A stretch of 64,000 nucleotides of DNA, taken from assembly GCA_963707025.1 (NCBI GenBank), contig CAVPOM010000007.1, positions 448,001 to 512,000 on the forward strand. Direction: 5' to 3'. The translations under genes were made by a program, and so were the position numbers. Below are positions 28,900 to 39,599 of this stretch, one piece after another (within the stretch, counting starts at the first letter, position 1; each line of letters opens with the position of its first letter). The DNA comes from an uncultured Verrucomicrobiae bacterium. GTDB lineage: Bacteria > Verrucomicrobiota > Verrucomicrobiia > Limisphaerales > Palsa-1400. The notes beneath the pieces are model-generated. The model worked only from the letters and a program-made list of their open reading frames with translations. It did not search any database and had not been told where the DNA came from.

Positions 28900-30300
28900 A
28901 TGAGAAACCTGACCAAAGCAGTCATCCTGATCCTGGCAGCACTGGCTGCCCCTGGCGCCGCCACTGCCGCCGCGCCCCGCCCGCGCGGATTGCTGATTAT
29001 CGCGCCCGAAGCGTTTCGCCCCGCGCTGCGCGATTTCCTCGCTTTCAAAAAGAAGCTGCTCCCGGCGGAATTCAAGCCGCTGGAGAGCATCCTCGCCGCC
29101 GGCCGCGGGGTGGATGACCCGGAGAAACTCAAGCGGTTTCTGTACGACCAGTGGCGCGCCCACGGTCTCGGCTACGCCCTGTTGGTGGGCGACGTGGACG
29201 TCATGCCCGTGCGCTACATGGTCTTGGACCGCGTGACGTCCGCTGCTTTCAACTATGCGTTTTATCCCAGCGACCTCTATTACAGCGCGCTGGCCAAACC
29301 GGACGGCTCCTTTGACGATTGGAACGCAAGCAAGGATACCTTCCACGCTCTTTACTTCGGCGAGGTGCGCGGGGAGGCGAACAAGAACGACCCCATCAAT
29401 TACGACGCCATCACCTATCATCCCGACATCGCCATCGGTCGCTGGCCCGTCAGCACGGTCGAACAGGCGCATCACATCGCGGCCAAGACCATTGCCACCG
29501 AGCGGAACGTGTTAAGCGACACCAATCCCGGTGTCCGCCGCGCTGGTTTTCTGGCGGTGGGCGGATGGGTTGATGCGCGGCCGCTGGAGGACGAACTGGC
29601 CGCCAAACTCTCTGGGGGATGGTTGGTGGAAAAGCGGTATTATTCTGATGGGCGTCGAGAATCCGGCCTGCCGCCCGATCATGCGCAGGTCCGGCTGCTC
29701 TTTAACCGTGGCGCCGGGTTGATTGTCCACACCGGCCACGGCCAGCCCAACGCCTGGGATGAGTGCTTTTCCGCCGGCGATTTGCGCGCGTTGACCAACT
29801 CCGGCATTTTTCCGGTCCTTGTTTCGGCAGGTTGCAGCACCGCCCATTTCGCCCCCCTCCCGCCCTACGAGGCATACGTGGACATTTACGGGCAGGAGCA
29901 TAAGGGCACCGATGACCACGAGGTTTTCACCGCGCCGCCGCCGCCGCCCAATCCGTACCAGCGCGGACGCTTCAATCCGGGTTGCTTGGGCGAGGCCCTG
30001 CTGCGGAGCGCGACCAACGGGGCCGTGGCCTACATCGGCTGCGACACCGGCAGCCAGCCTTGCGCGCTGACGCTGGTCAACGGTTTTGTGGCGGGGCTGG
30101 CCGATGCCAGCCAGCCGCGCCTGGGCGATTGCTGGGCCAGCGCGGTCAAATTCTATTACGACCGCGAACACCTGGCCTCCTTGAAGCCGACGGAGGACTG
30201 GTATCCGCCGTCCATCTTCTTTCAGCCGATGAAATTCATGCTCTTCGGCGACCCCAGCCTGCGGCTGCCCGCCAATCAGCGGCTGCATGAGCCACGGTAG
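28900..30300 (+). CDS. Peptidase C25 (gingipain) family secreted cysteine protease
   Basis: Signal peptide; LLVGD, SDLYY, PDIAIGRWP, HTGHG (His), AGCST (Cys) and LFGDPSL. Confidence 0.85.
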   Translation: MRNLTKAVILILAALAAPGAATAAAPRPRGLLIIAPEAFRPALRDFLAFKKKLLPAEFKPLESILAAGRGVDDPEKLKRFLYDQWRAHGLGYALLVGDVDVMPVRYMVLDRVTSAAFNYAFYPSDLYYSALAKPDGSFDDWNASKDTFHALYFGEVRGEANKNDPINYDAITYHPDIAIGRWPVSTVEQAHHIAAKTIATERNVLSDTNPGVRRAGFLAVGGWVDARPLEDELAAKLSGGWLVEKRYYSDGRRESGLPPDHAQVRLLFNRGAGLIVHTGHGQPNAWDECFSAGDLRALTNSGIFPVLVSAGCSTAHFAPLPPYEAYVDIYGQEHKGTDDHEVFTAPPPPPNPYQRGRFNPGCLGEALLRSATNGAVAYIGCDTGSQPCALTLVNGFVAGLADASQPRLGDCWASAVKFYYDREHLASLKPTEDWYPPSIFFQPMKFMLFGDPSLRLPANQRLHEPR

Positions 30301-30410
30301 CTTTCTCCCGCCCTGTGGAGGGCTTGCCCCTGGGCGCGAGTTCAGGCTGGCGTGTCAATAATTCCTTCAGAACGAGGGAACTGAATTGCCGCCTGGCATG
30401 GCGGGAAAGG

Positions 30411-30437
30411 AGTTCGCCTTCGGGCGGGCTTTTTTTT
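30411..30437 (+). terminator. Rho-independent terminator
   Basis: Stem-loop AGTTCGCC-TTCG-GGCGGGCT followed by a T run, between convergent genes. Confidence 0.65.
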
Positions 30438-30453
30438 GGCAGTCCGCCAGAGG

Positions 30454-32778
30454 TCAGGGCGCGGGCTTTAAGCCTTCCCAACGGACTGTCCACGAACCGT
30501 CGTTGGGAAAGCCCGGCGCGTTCCGGTCCGGCGCGCCATCCCAGCCCGCGGCCATCATCGCCACGGCGTAAAGCAGGCCGCCATTGCCTGGCAAATAAGG
30601 ACCGGGGCCGCCGGTGCAAATACCGCGTTGGTCGTAATGATTCTTCACAGAGGGATTGAGGAGCGCGTCAACCGCCAGGTTGGGATCGCCCACCCGGGCC
30701 GCCGCCATGGCCATCCAGGGAAAATCCCAGCCCCACGTCGCGTTCCAATTCCATCTCCGGCCCACCTCCTCCACCGTGCGCCGGGCCGTGGCGCGATCCA
30801 GACCGTGAAAGGGCGGCAACATTCCGGCGATCCCGATGATGTCAACGTGATCAAAGGTCCGGGTGGTGAAAGTGTCGGGACGATCATCGCCAAAGATATA
30901 AAGACCGTCTTTTTCCGGCAAGGGCGCGAGATGGCCGGCTACCTCATCCCAATGAGGCTCGCGCGGCAGGCCCAGGCGCACCCGCCACTGTTGCGCCATT
31001 TCCAGTCCGACGCGCCAGTAGCCCAGTTCGAAAATGGGATTCCTTCGCAAAGGACTGACGCGGCCTTCACTGGCAGGCCAGGCAGGGTCGAGATTGTATT
31101 GGCCGGTCGCCGGATCCCGTGGCGGGTAATCCGCCATGAAGTCGGCGGTTCCAAACACGATATTCTGCCACTTGGCCAGGGTGGCGGGCGACGGATGGAG
31201 CCGGTAATCCAGCTCGGCGAAGAAGATGGGGTGCGGCTCTTTCCAGAGCAGCGCCATCTCGGGAGGGAATCCATCATTGTAACCATCGGGGCCGGTCGTC
31301 TTGGGCCACATCAAGCCCTTGTAATCAAAGTTGCCGGCAATGGACTTTGCCACGGGGGCCACGCGCGGATAAATCGTGAGCGCTTTTTCGGCCATGGACC
31401 ACCGGTCCCAAAGAGCATAATGGGCCAGATGCCACCAGATCATTTCAAAATGCCACTTGCCATGCCACGGATCGGTTCCGGTCAGCCCAACTTCGGCCGG
31501 TGGATTGTCGCCCGCCGATTGCGCCGCCAACTCGTATTGGGAAAGCACGATCCGGCGTTCCAATTCCATCCAGCGCGGATCGCTGCTCCCGGACAGATCA
31601 ATGGCGCCGCCACTGTTCCAAAAAGCCGGCCATGACTTCGCACACGCCGTTTTCACATCTTCAAACCCGATCCTGGTTGCGTCCGCCGCATTGGTTCCAA
31701 AATGGCAGGTAAAATCAATGGAATCGGTTCCCGCGCCGGGAGTGAGGGTGAAACGATGAGGTGATGCGCCACCACCAATGCTCCAACTTTCATTCTCGGT
31801 GAGACTCTTGTTCCGCTCCTGTCCCCCAAGACGGTATTTGATTTCGAGATGTTTGATAAGACCCAACGCAGGATCGCCGCACAACGCATTGTTGGCGGTG
31901 ACTGTCCCATGGTCATAAATCGCGCCAGCCACTTGCGCGGTGGCATCGGCCCAGCCCCCGCCGTCGGCGCCGTAGCGGGCGCTTTTAATCTCCGGTTGAA
32001 CAGCCACCGGCTGGCTCACGGTAAACCCCCGGCCATCGAGCACAACTTGGTAATGGGTATCATCAATCAAGCGGTTCAGTTCGAGCCGGGCCTGGGTTTG
32101 CCGAATAATGGTCGTCTGGTGGCCTGCGGCCCGGGAGAAATCTCCCAGCCAGGCGCCCACGTTTTGTGCGGGAGCCGGAAAATCGAGCATCATCTGCAAT
32201 CGGCCGTCACGCAACAAGAGCGATTCCACATGCACCGCCACCGTGTCGGTCCTGGGATCCACACAAGTTTGCACCACAACCGGTTTACCCAAATAAGTGA
32301 AATGGCTCGTCAAAATGCCGGTCCACAATTCGAGCTGGCGCGAAGCCACCTGCACATCCGAACCCGTTAACCGTTCGCCATCCTGGCTGATGAAACCAAT
32401 CCGGCCCAGGTTCAACGGCTGCGGATTGACGCGCTCCCAATTCGCCATCGGCCAGGGATCAAGCGTGGTGGGCCTGGTCAGGCGTCCGTGATCTGGGGTC
32501 GCCCACGGCCTGATCTCGCTTTTCGTCACACCGGATGGGAGCGGAAAGCTGTGCCAGCACCAGTGGCACATGGTGTTGCCTCCGACGGTCTCCAAACCGG
32601 TGCCATCGGCGTTGAAGGCGAAGTTGCCATTCCCCAGTGGAATCAGGCCCTCGAGGCTTGGCCAGTTGATATCGTGTCGAGCCACCAGGGCGTGCCGGTC
32701 AATGGGAGACGGTGGGTTGGCGGAAGCTCTAAATCCGTTTCCGAGAAGTCCGATCAGCGATAAGTAGAACAAGCGCAT
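30454..32778 (-). CDS. Secreted six-hairpin glycoside hydrolase (GH65/GH95-like) with an inserted lectin-like domain
   Basis: IDRHALVARH, LGNGNFAF, ELERRIVLSQY, GKWHFEM, WGWDFP and PGNGGLL; insert KSARYG...GDPALG..KHLEIKY. Confidence 0.75.
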   Translation of the reverse strand: MRLFYLSLIGLLGNGFRASANPPSPIDRHALVARHDINWPSLEGLIPLGNGNFAFNADGTGLETVGGNTMCHWCWHSFPLPSGVTKSEIRPWATPDHGRLTRPTTLDPWPMANWERVNPQPLNLGRIGFISQDGERLTGSDVQVASRQLELWTGILTSHFTYLGKPVVVQTCVDPRTDTVAVHVESLLLRDGRLQMMLDFPAPAQNVGAWLGDFSRAAGHQTTIIRQTQARLELNRLIDDTHYQVVLDGRGFTVSQPVAVQPEIKSARYGADGGGWADATAQVAGAIYDHGTVTANNALCGDPALGLIKHLEIKYRLGGQERNKSLTENESWSIGGGASPHRFTLTPGAGTDSIDFTCHFGTNAADATRIGFEDVKTACAKSWPAFWNSGGAIDLSGSSDPRWMELERRIVLSQYELAAQSAGDNPPAEVGLTGTDPWHGKWHFEMIWWHLAHYALWDRWSMAEKALTIYPRVAPVAKSIAGNFDYKGLMWPKTTGPDGYNDGFPPEMALLWKEPHPIFFAELDYRLHPSPATLAKWQNIVFGTADFMADYPPRDPATGQYNLDPAWPASEGRVSPLRRNPIFELGYWRVGLEMAQQWRVRLGLPREPHWDEVAGHLAPLPEKDGLYIFGDDRPDTFTTRTFDHVDIIGIAGMLPPFHGLDRATARRTVEEVGRRWNWNATWGWDFPWMAMAAARVGDPNLAVDALLNPSVKNHYDQRGICTGGPGPYLPGNGGLLYAVAMMAAGWDGAPDRNAPGFPNDGSWTVRWEGLKPAP

Positions 32779-32892
32779 TTCTCATGATAAAACTTTACGC
32801 AGATGATGCAAGACCGGCCGTTTAAGCCGGGGCAGACCGCTCCGCCGTTTTCATCCACCGCAATGGTAATTCCAAATTCCGGGCTGACTCCT

Positions 32893-34314
32893 TCACGGCT
32901 TGCTCTCGATACCGCCGAGAGGCAGGTTCCTTGGGTCCGGACCGGACCGGTTGCGTCCAAAGGGCAAGCGGTCGCCCGGCTCTAAAAGGATGACGAGGTT
33001 GGTCGTGTCAGAGGCAAGCTGGCCGATGAGACGGGCAGGGTTGAAATGATCCAAACTGGCGTTCTTGTCGGAGAGACGGCAACCGTTGATGCGGACCGAG
33101 AGATCCAGCGTTTCTGCCGGCACGTTGCTGAGGCTGAAGCGGCCATCCGGCGGAAGTTCCGCGCTGCCGGCATCCCAGGCCGCGTTTCGTCCGATCACCA
33201 GGCGCGTGTGCGCCGGTATTGGCTTGGAATCCGAAAGCGTCACTTGCCCGGCCAAACGCCAGCCGGTGGTGAACGGGAGCGTCCCCATGTCGTTGCTCGA
33301 ACCATCGCCCTTCACGCGGAATAACCGGGTCGGCAACGCGCCGCGGTCTTTGAGCGAATCCATCAGTCCATAAACCGCGTATTCATTATCCGGGGGCACA
33401 TTGGGAAAGCAGAACCTGCCGTCTTCATCGGTCCCGGTGACAAAAGCGCCCACAAACGGGCCTCCTGCACGGCGATCCGTTTGGGCCGCGCCGATGGCGA
33501 TACTGCCAACCGGCTTGCTGCCAGACATCACTCGTCCGGTCAGCGCCGCGCCCGGCGTCACCACCAATTCCGTCGGCGAGGCCCCTGGCTTGACGCCGTT
33601 GAATCGGCGCCGCGCCAAGCCCCGCGCCTCCACTTTCACATTCACCGCGTCGAACTTCTGCGGGGAGCGAATCTCAAACTGGCCGGATTCATCGGTGATG
33701 GCCAACGGATCAGCCCCCTCGAGCGGCGAACCGCGAGTGGTGTTGCCGGTGACCGTTTCCTCGACCGAGACCACCGCGTTGGCGACGGGCTTTCTGTCAG
33801 GAGCCAGCACCCGGCCGGTGACAATCTGGCTGACCGGCATGGTGCGGGGGGCACGGGCTTTGAGCCGGGCGTCCAGGGTCCCCTTCTGCGGGTCAACCTT
33901 GGTAAAAAATGCCGGCTCAAACCCTTTGGCCACCACCAGCACGCGGAACAGCAGGGTGGGATCCATTGATTCAATTCTGAAGCTTCCTTGAGCGTCCGCC
34001 TTGGCGCTCTTGCGGCAATCCGCATAGCAGGAGGGTCAGAGAAATCCCGGGCCGGAGCGCGGTTGTGCCGTGTAGATGAAAATGGTGGCATTAGCGATGG
34101 CCTGTCCGCCGGAATCTTTGACGGCGCCGACCAGATCCAGCCCGGTGGCGGCGGCAGGTTCCGATGATATCCCGGCGCCGGCCGCCGCGGGTGGCGCCGC
34201 GGTCATCATTTTCGATGAGGCAGGCGCCAAGAGAAAGCCGTACGTCACCACAATAACCGCGGCCAAGCCGGCTGGGAGCGGCCAGGACAAGCGCGACGGC
34301 GGTTTATCCTTCAC
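32893..34314 (-). CDS. Membrane-anchored carboxypeptidase-regulatory-like (beta-sandwich repeat) protein with one in-frame TGA at 34036-34038; candidate selenoprotein
   Basis: ORFs 34036..34314 and 32893..33966 are in the same frame, linked by 23 open codons. Repeated G.V...G.P..NA...TD..G.F units; N-terminal TM helix. Confidence 0.8.
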
Positions 34315-34418
34315 GAATTAAATGATAATATAAGCGGGCCGTTGCGTAAAGAGAATTCCTCGGATCAAACGAAAAAGGAGGTCGCCATCCCGGATCGAAT
34401 CGGCAAAATATCAACCGG

Positions 34419-35140
34419 ATGAAACATGATCCAATGGCTTTTCTGGCACTGGCCAGGCCGCTGGCGGTTGCCGGATTATGGTTCGCCGGCGCCTGTGCCT
34501 GCGCCGGCTGACGGGATCCATCGGGGCCTGAGACCAACCCCATGCTGCATGCCGCCGGCTCGCATTTGGTTGATGGGGAGGGCAACCCGGTGGTGCTGCG
34601 CGGCGTAAATCTGGGTGGCTGGCTGGACTGGGAAGGCTGGATGTTTGGCGAGGGATTCATTTCGGAAACGGAGATTCTGACCAGGTTGGAAATGCTGGCA
34701 GGCCGCGACGCCACACAGGCGTTTCGCCGCGGCATTTACTCCAACTTTATCGCCGCCGGTGATTTGCGCAAGATCGCCGCGCTCGGCTTCAATTCGGTGC
34801 GCGTGCCGGTCAATTACCGGCTGCTGGACAGCCAGGCGCAGAAGGCGGTTGATGAGGAGGCCGGATGGCAACTGCTGGATCGCCTGCTGGACTGGTGCGA
34901 TCAATACCATCTTTATGCCGTGTTTGATCTTCACGCCGCTCCCGGCGGACAATCCGGGCTTTTTATGGCGGACCCCGGCGACGCCAAATTATCCCTCTGG
35001 AAGTCCGCCGAACACCAGCGCCAGACGGCCGCCCTTTGGCACGCCCTCGCCGCCCGCTATAAAACGCGCAGATGCGTTGCCGGTTACGACCTGATCAACG
35101 AGCCTGGTCCGGCCAAGGGCAGCCAGTGGCCGGATTTGGG
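34419..35140 (+). pseudogene. GH5 cellulase-family gene truncated just after the NEP motif at the element junction
   Basis: LRGVNLGGWL, GFNSVRVP, DLHAAPGGQ and YDLINEP; the reading frame then runs into AT-rich non-GH sequence. A stop in the signal region (34509) may be a sequence error. Confidence 0.75.
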
Positions 35141-35236
35141 CATTTTTCACCGCGTTTACGACTCAAATATGCCCCGTTTTCCCTCGGTAATCAAGGATAA
35201 TTCCGTTTACCGGCCTATACCCTTTTTTACACTTTT

Positions 35237-35266
35237 GGTGTCCGTTTTGGTGTCCGTTGGTGTCCG
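35237..35266. repeat. Three GGTGTCCG direct repeats, possible integrase arm-type sites
   Basis: Copies at 35237, 35249 and 35259, about 100 bp inside the junction. Confidence 0.55.
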
Positions 35267-35318
35267 CGCAAAGTGGGCTAAAGAGAGCCAATGCAGCGAC
35301 AGTCAATACGAAATAAGA

Positions 35319-35672
35319 TCAGGCGACACGCTGGGCGGTGTCTTGAGTCTGCTCGGACATTTGAAATTCAACGGGAGCGCGCCCGGCGTTTTTCATCCGC
35401 CAGAACTCGTTAATGGCGGCCCTGATGCGAAAGACCCACTTCGCATCATTGCACAGTTCCTCCAGCGTGACGCGGGCGAAGTATTTGACGGCATTGGGGG
35501 TCGGATTGCCCAGCGGCTTAAGCAAGCCCTTGGCAACCAAGACGGGAACGTCGTGCGGAGCGCAGCCCAGCAGATGCGACGCTTCACTTGCGCTTAATTG
35601 CGCAGGAAGGTGCCGTAGATTCAGGAATCTTTCCCGCTCCGAACTTAACGGCCTGTCCTTCGGGATGCTCAT
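35319..35672 (-). CDS. Excisionase-like HTH protein
   Basis: LSASEASHLLG...VLVAKGLLKPLG winged-HTH pattern. Confidence 0.65.
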   Translation of the reverse strand: MSIPKDRPLSSERERFLNLRHLPAQLSASEASHLLGCAPHDVPVLVAKGLLKPLGNPTPNAVKYFARVTLEELCNDAKWVFRIRAAINEFWRMKNAGRAPVEFQMSEQTQDTAQRVA

Positions 35673-36295
35673 ACTCTCATGCCGCGAGATCGGCGGTTGT
35701 CTTGGGCCACCGACTGGTTCTCGCCAATCGAGCGATTGTGCGTGACCGCCTTATCGCAGTGTTCCATCAAGGCTTCCACGACCTTGCCGGGATTGTGTTC
35801 CGGGAATTGCCGCCACACCATTTTCTGCGCGTTAGCCACGAGATTGCGCTCCGAAAAGCGGAGCGTGTGATTGGCTTGAGCGACATAATCCATGACCACT
35901 TCCCGAACATTTTGGCCCTGTACCAGAACTTCCGTGCGTCCGTGATTTCTGGCGTAGGCGGAGCCTTCCTCAAATTCTTGGATAACGGACCAATCGGGGC
36001 CGTTGCGTGGACGGCACAGGAGAACTCGGCTTCTGGGCAGCTCGACCAAATGGGCATAGACATCCCATGTCGTTCCGTCCGAGGCCCTGAACGTCTCCAG
36101 CACTGGAGGGTTGGGCCGCTCCCATCGAACCTGTTCGAGCCGGTTCAACTGCTCCTTGATCTTCTCCAATGGACGGAGATCGCGGTCAATTGCATTTGAC
36201 GCCGCCCGGTAAGCCAAGGCTTCGTCTCCGACCAAATCAGAGCCGGAGCCGCGAGGGCCGTGAGGAATCCAAGGTTGTCCGCCTTTTTTCAGCAT
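35669..36295 (-). CDS. Hypothetical element backbone protein
   Basis: 208-aa ORF with a 4-bp overlap to the downstream gene; tail RSRGMRV resembles those of mobilisation proteins. Confidence 0.7.
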   Translation of the reverse strand: MLKKGGQPWIPHGPRGSGSDLVGDEALAYRAASNAIDRDLRPLEKIKEQLNRLEQVRWERPNPPVLETFRASDGTTWDVYAHLVELPRSRVLLCRPRNGPDWSVIQEFEEGSAYARNHGRTEVLVQGQNVREVVMDYVAQANHTLRFSERNLVANAQKMVWRQFPEHNPGKVVEALMEHCDKAVTHNRSIGENQSVAQDNRRSRGMRV

Positions 36296-36301
36296 GGCCG
36301 A

Positions 36302-36514
36302 TCACTCCTTTTTGCCTTTTGCCAATTGGTTCGCTTCCTCCTCGGAGACGAGGAAAACCCCTTCATTGTCGAGAATGGGGGCGAGCCGGTCGCGCTGAAT
36401 GAAGCTGTAAACGGTGAACGGATCAAGACCGAGCCTCTTGGCCGCTTCCTCCACCGAGATAAGCCCCGATGGCTTCTCTTGCTCCAAGGTCACAGATGTA
36501 TCCGACTCCTCCAT
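36302..36514 (-). CDS. Small HTH (excisionase/MerR-like) protein
   Basis: ISVEEAAKRLGLDPFTVYSFIQRDRL. Confidence 0.75.
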   Translation of the reverse strand: MEESDTSVTLEQEKPSGLISVEEAAKRLGLDPFTVYSFIQRDRLAPILDNEGVFLVSEEEANQLAKGKKE

Positions 36515-37581
36515 ACTCTAGAAATTTAACCGCAAAGCGCGTTCTGTCCAGTGACTTTGTCGCTGCTCCAAGCAGCCCCTGCCTGCGCCGGCACGAGGAA
36601 ACGGATGGACGGCAGCCAGCCCCGCGAACAGGAAGGGAAAATGGGCAAAGGGCAACCGGCCTCCCCCCGTTCCCAAACAACTAGCCTTCGCGGCAATGAG
36701 CGAATGGTGATCATGCGCGTAGCGCCGATTCAACAGAATCCGCCCACAACTTCAAGCCGATGCAAGAAGCGCCAAGCCAAATCGCACGTACGGAGCGATT
36801 GATTGGGGGTCGAAACGGGGCAAGCAATCGCAATGGGGCCGCGCGGACCCTGAGAGCGCAAAAGCAACTGACTCGCACCCAACGGCCACGCCTGCAAGCC
36901 GCGCCGTCAAAGTTATCAAGCTCGCGCCCGACTGCACAGGGAACGACACCCTAAATGCAAAAAGGAAAACACCAAGACCCGATTCGCGGCAGTGGACTCC
37001 CCACATTTTGACCAGCGCCCGTCGCGATTTGCTTCGGACACGACCACCGACAACCAGCGCCCGGCCAATGTAGCTTGGCGTCATGGTTCACGAGCCGCCT
37101 CCAACCGGCACTTGTTCTGATTCAAGCCCGCGTTTATGCGTCATTCCTTGGGATGGTCAACCCATTGCCATCGGCATTCGTCCGCCTGCGGTCTCTCTCC
37201 TGTTCTTGGCAGCATTCCCGGCGCGAAATCCTAAGAGCAAAGTTCCCAGGCCCGACGAGCACTGTCAAGGTGGAGGCAGCGGGAGACGGGGGCACGACCT
37301 TGACAGGCGCAGACGAGCCGTACCATGACGAAGCGTTTCGCGCCAAGGCCAGCCCCAGTTTTCAACGTGCTTGAGATATTGCGCGGCTGTGTATGCCTAA
37401 GCCGCCGTTTCGCATTCCGTGAATAGCCATTCGATGCGCTCAAACTGGATGTCTGACGGAAGATTGGGCTTCGATGTCAGCAATTGCAGTAGTGTCGTTG
37501 TGACGAGAATCTTTCCGGCCCCGAAAGTCATTCGCACATTGAAATGAGTTACAACGGGCAAAAATGAACCGTCGGGGGGAA

Positions 37582-38514
37582 TCATTGAGGGTTGGGGGTG
37601 TGTCCATTTTCCCCAAATGTCACCGGCCCATGATCGTTTCGGAACGGCTCCCAGCCGTATGCAAGTCCACTGGCAACTGCCATCTGTTTGGCCTTTAGAA
37701 AAACTGGAAACGAATCCTCAAATACACAGAACGCCATATAAACGGAATCTTTGGATTGACCAGCGAAATAGGTTTCAAGCTCACGCGAGTTACGGGCCAA
37801 GTCAATTCCCTTACCGCGAATTGGTTTGGCTGTCTCGTCGTCGAGATTTGAAGTCCAGTTAATGGAGTTCTCGTTTCGACTAAAGTCGGCATTGCGGCAA
37901 GGATAGACGGAGCCATATTGGACAATGATATACATGACACGTTTGCCTGTTTCGTGTTCTTTTGGAAGCCGGAGCGAGCGCACGGATTCATTGTATTTGA
38001 TTGTAGCCTGACGATTCAGAGCTTCAAGCCGTTGTTTGAGACGTTTGCTGTTTTCGACGGTAGCAGTGAGACTGTTTTGAAGTTCGAGTTTGTGGGCCTG
38101 TGCCGCAGCAAGTTGTGCATTGAGGAATTTCAGGCGTTCAGCGGGGTCAGCGGCATTAGCTGAATCAAGTTCCTGATTGTTCAACGCAACCATGTCATGC
38201 GCGTGTTGAACGGCATCTTGGAGTTCTTTGCGGGTGGCAAGCAACGCAATTTGCGCTTTCCATCGCTCGTCACCGGCCTTTGATTGAAGTGAGGCTAATA
38301 GTTGCAAGGATTGCTGTAGGTTTGTCTTGGCAAGGGCCAACCGCCGTTGGAGCATTTCCTGGCTATCAGTGGATGCTGCGGCGCGGGTTTGCCTTTCAGT
38401 GCTTGTAAGCAAGGTCACCAGCACTGCCAGCAAGATAATTCCGCCGAAAGCGTTGCACATTGTATCCAACAGCATGTAGAGGCTATCAGGCGGGCGTTTT
38501 CGTCGCAGATTCAT
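37582..38514 (-). CDS. ExbD/TolR-like N-terminal anchor plus coiled-coil protein (second copy)
   Basis: Basic N-terminus then LLDTMCNAFGGIILLAVLV (Asp in the TM helix), long coiled coil and C-terminal YGWEP domain. Confidence 0.75.
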   Translation of the reverse strand: MNLRRKRPPDSLYMLLDTMCNAFGGIILLAVLVTLLTSTERQTRAAASTDSQEMLQRRLALAKTNLQQSLQLLASLQSKAGDERWKAQIALLATRKELQDAVQHAHDMVALNNQELDSANAADPAERLKFLNAQLAAAQAHKLELQNSLTATVENSKRLKQRLEALNRQATIKYNESVRSLRLPKEHETGKRVMYIIVQYGSVYPCRNADFSRNENSINWTSNLDDETAKPIRGKGIDLARNSRELETYFAGQSKDSVYMAFCVFEDSFPVFLKAKQMAVASGLAYGWEPFRNDHGPVTFGENGHTPNPQ

Positions 38515-38515
38515 C

Positions 38516-39599
38516 TTATTTAATGCCGAGCCAGGTTAAAAATCTTTGCCACCAAATTTTGGCCGGAGTTGGAGGTAGCGCGCGCGTCGAAGTCGGCGGA
38601 TTATTTGTTGCGGAGGGCGGGTGAACCGACGGAGGGATGGTCGCTGAAGAGGGAGTGCTGGCATTCGTCGCGTTTGCCACAGGGATTGGCCTGGAGGACG
38701 AAACATCAGCGGTAGGAAGCGGTTCGTCAATTGGCGGTGGCGTCGAAAAGTGAACATCCTGATTTTCTTCCAAAGCGTCAAAACCGATTTCAAAACCCTC
38801 GTTACGAGCGGATTTAAGCAGTTCCTGAAAAAGTTGAATTCCCGAAGGTCTGACAAGAAACACTATATATTGGTTTAGCGCGTTCGCATTGCGAAGATAC
38901 CCCTCAAAAGAGGACTGAGCGCGCGTGGCGTCCCACTGTTGGCGCTGTTCAGGGTGGTCAAATGCTTCGGCCGTCGCGCTTGTGCGCGCCACGGTGACGA
39001 GAATCGGTTCCTTGGTTGAGTTGCTCTTGTCCGGGATGAGCCATATTTTGCCGTCCCGCTCACGAAGTTTCAAGAGGCGGGTTTGGACAGCGGATAACTT
39101 GCTGCTCCAAGCCTTCCATCTCTTTTCGGGCCTTCGCTTCCTGACGGGCATTGGATTCTGCTTCCTGCGTTGTCCGTTGGACTGTTGCTTTCAGATCAGT
39201 CAGGCCAAGCGCGGCGTCTCGCGCTTGGAGGGCTGATGCGCTCTTTGGCATTTGTGCAGTGATGGCGCGATTGCTTTTTCTGCTCGATCCGTTAATCGTG
39301 AACGCAAACGTCGCAATGTCAGCCTCGATTTTTTCCAAGGCCGGGGCGGTTTCCGCAGCGGCAAGCAATTCCCGCAACCGTTGGTTCTGAGCATCTGTTT
39401 CAAGTTGCTGGCGAAGTGATTCGTCAAGTTGTTGTTGAACCTCCCGGTCGGCCTTCGGATGGCTTTTTGTGCTTGGTCGCCCAAGTCCGTGGCCAGCAAC
39501 AAGCGTAATGAAGATGAGCATCCCACTGACGGCGGTAATAATGTCCGCAAATGCGAAGAAGCTGATCTTGGAATCCAATGTTCTAAGCCGGGCGCTCAT
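38516..39599 (-). CDS. ExbD/TolR-like anchor plus coiled-coil protein (first copy), frameshifted
   Basis: SFFAFADIITAVSGMLIFITL TM helix with Asp, coiled coil, FLVRPSGI..GFEIGFDAL domain and Pro-rich tail; fragments 39060, 39200 and 38516 join. Confidence 0.7.

Noticed and set aside
34509..34511. Second in-frame TGA (GH5 signal region) as Sec or genome-wide UGA recoding
   Set aside because: It has no redox-motif context and the gene is truncated anyway. Many clear genes here end in TGA (e.g. 10138-10140), so the standard code applies.
35140..35597. C-terminal part of ORF 34542..35597 as a novel GH5 fusion
   Set aside because: It is read-through across the element junction and is antisense to the 35319..35672 gene.
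36520..37580. Short ORFs between the HTH genes and the GTPase operon
   Set aside because: No convincing motif or start context; possibly decayed genes, but I cannot support a call.
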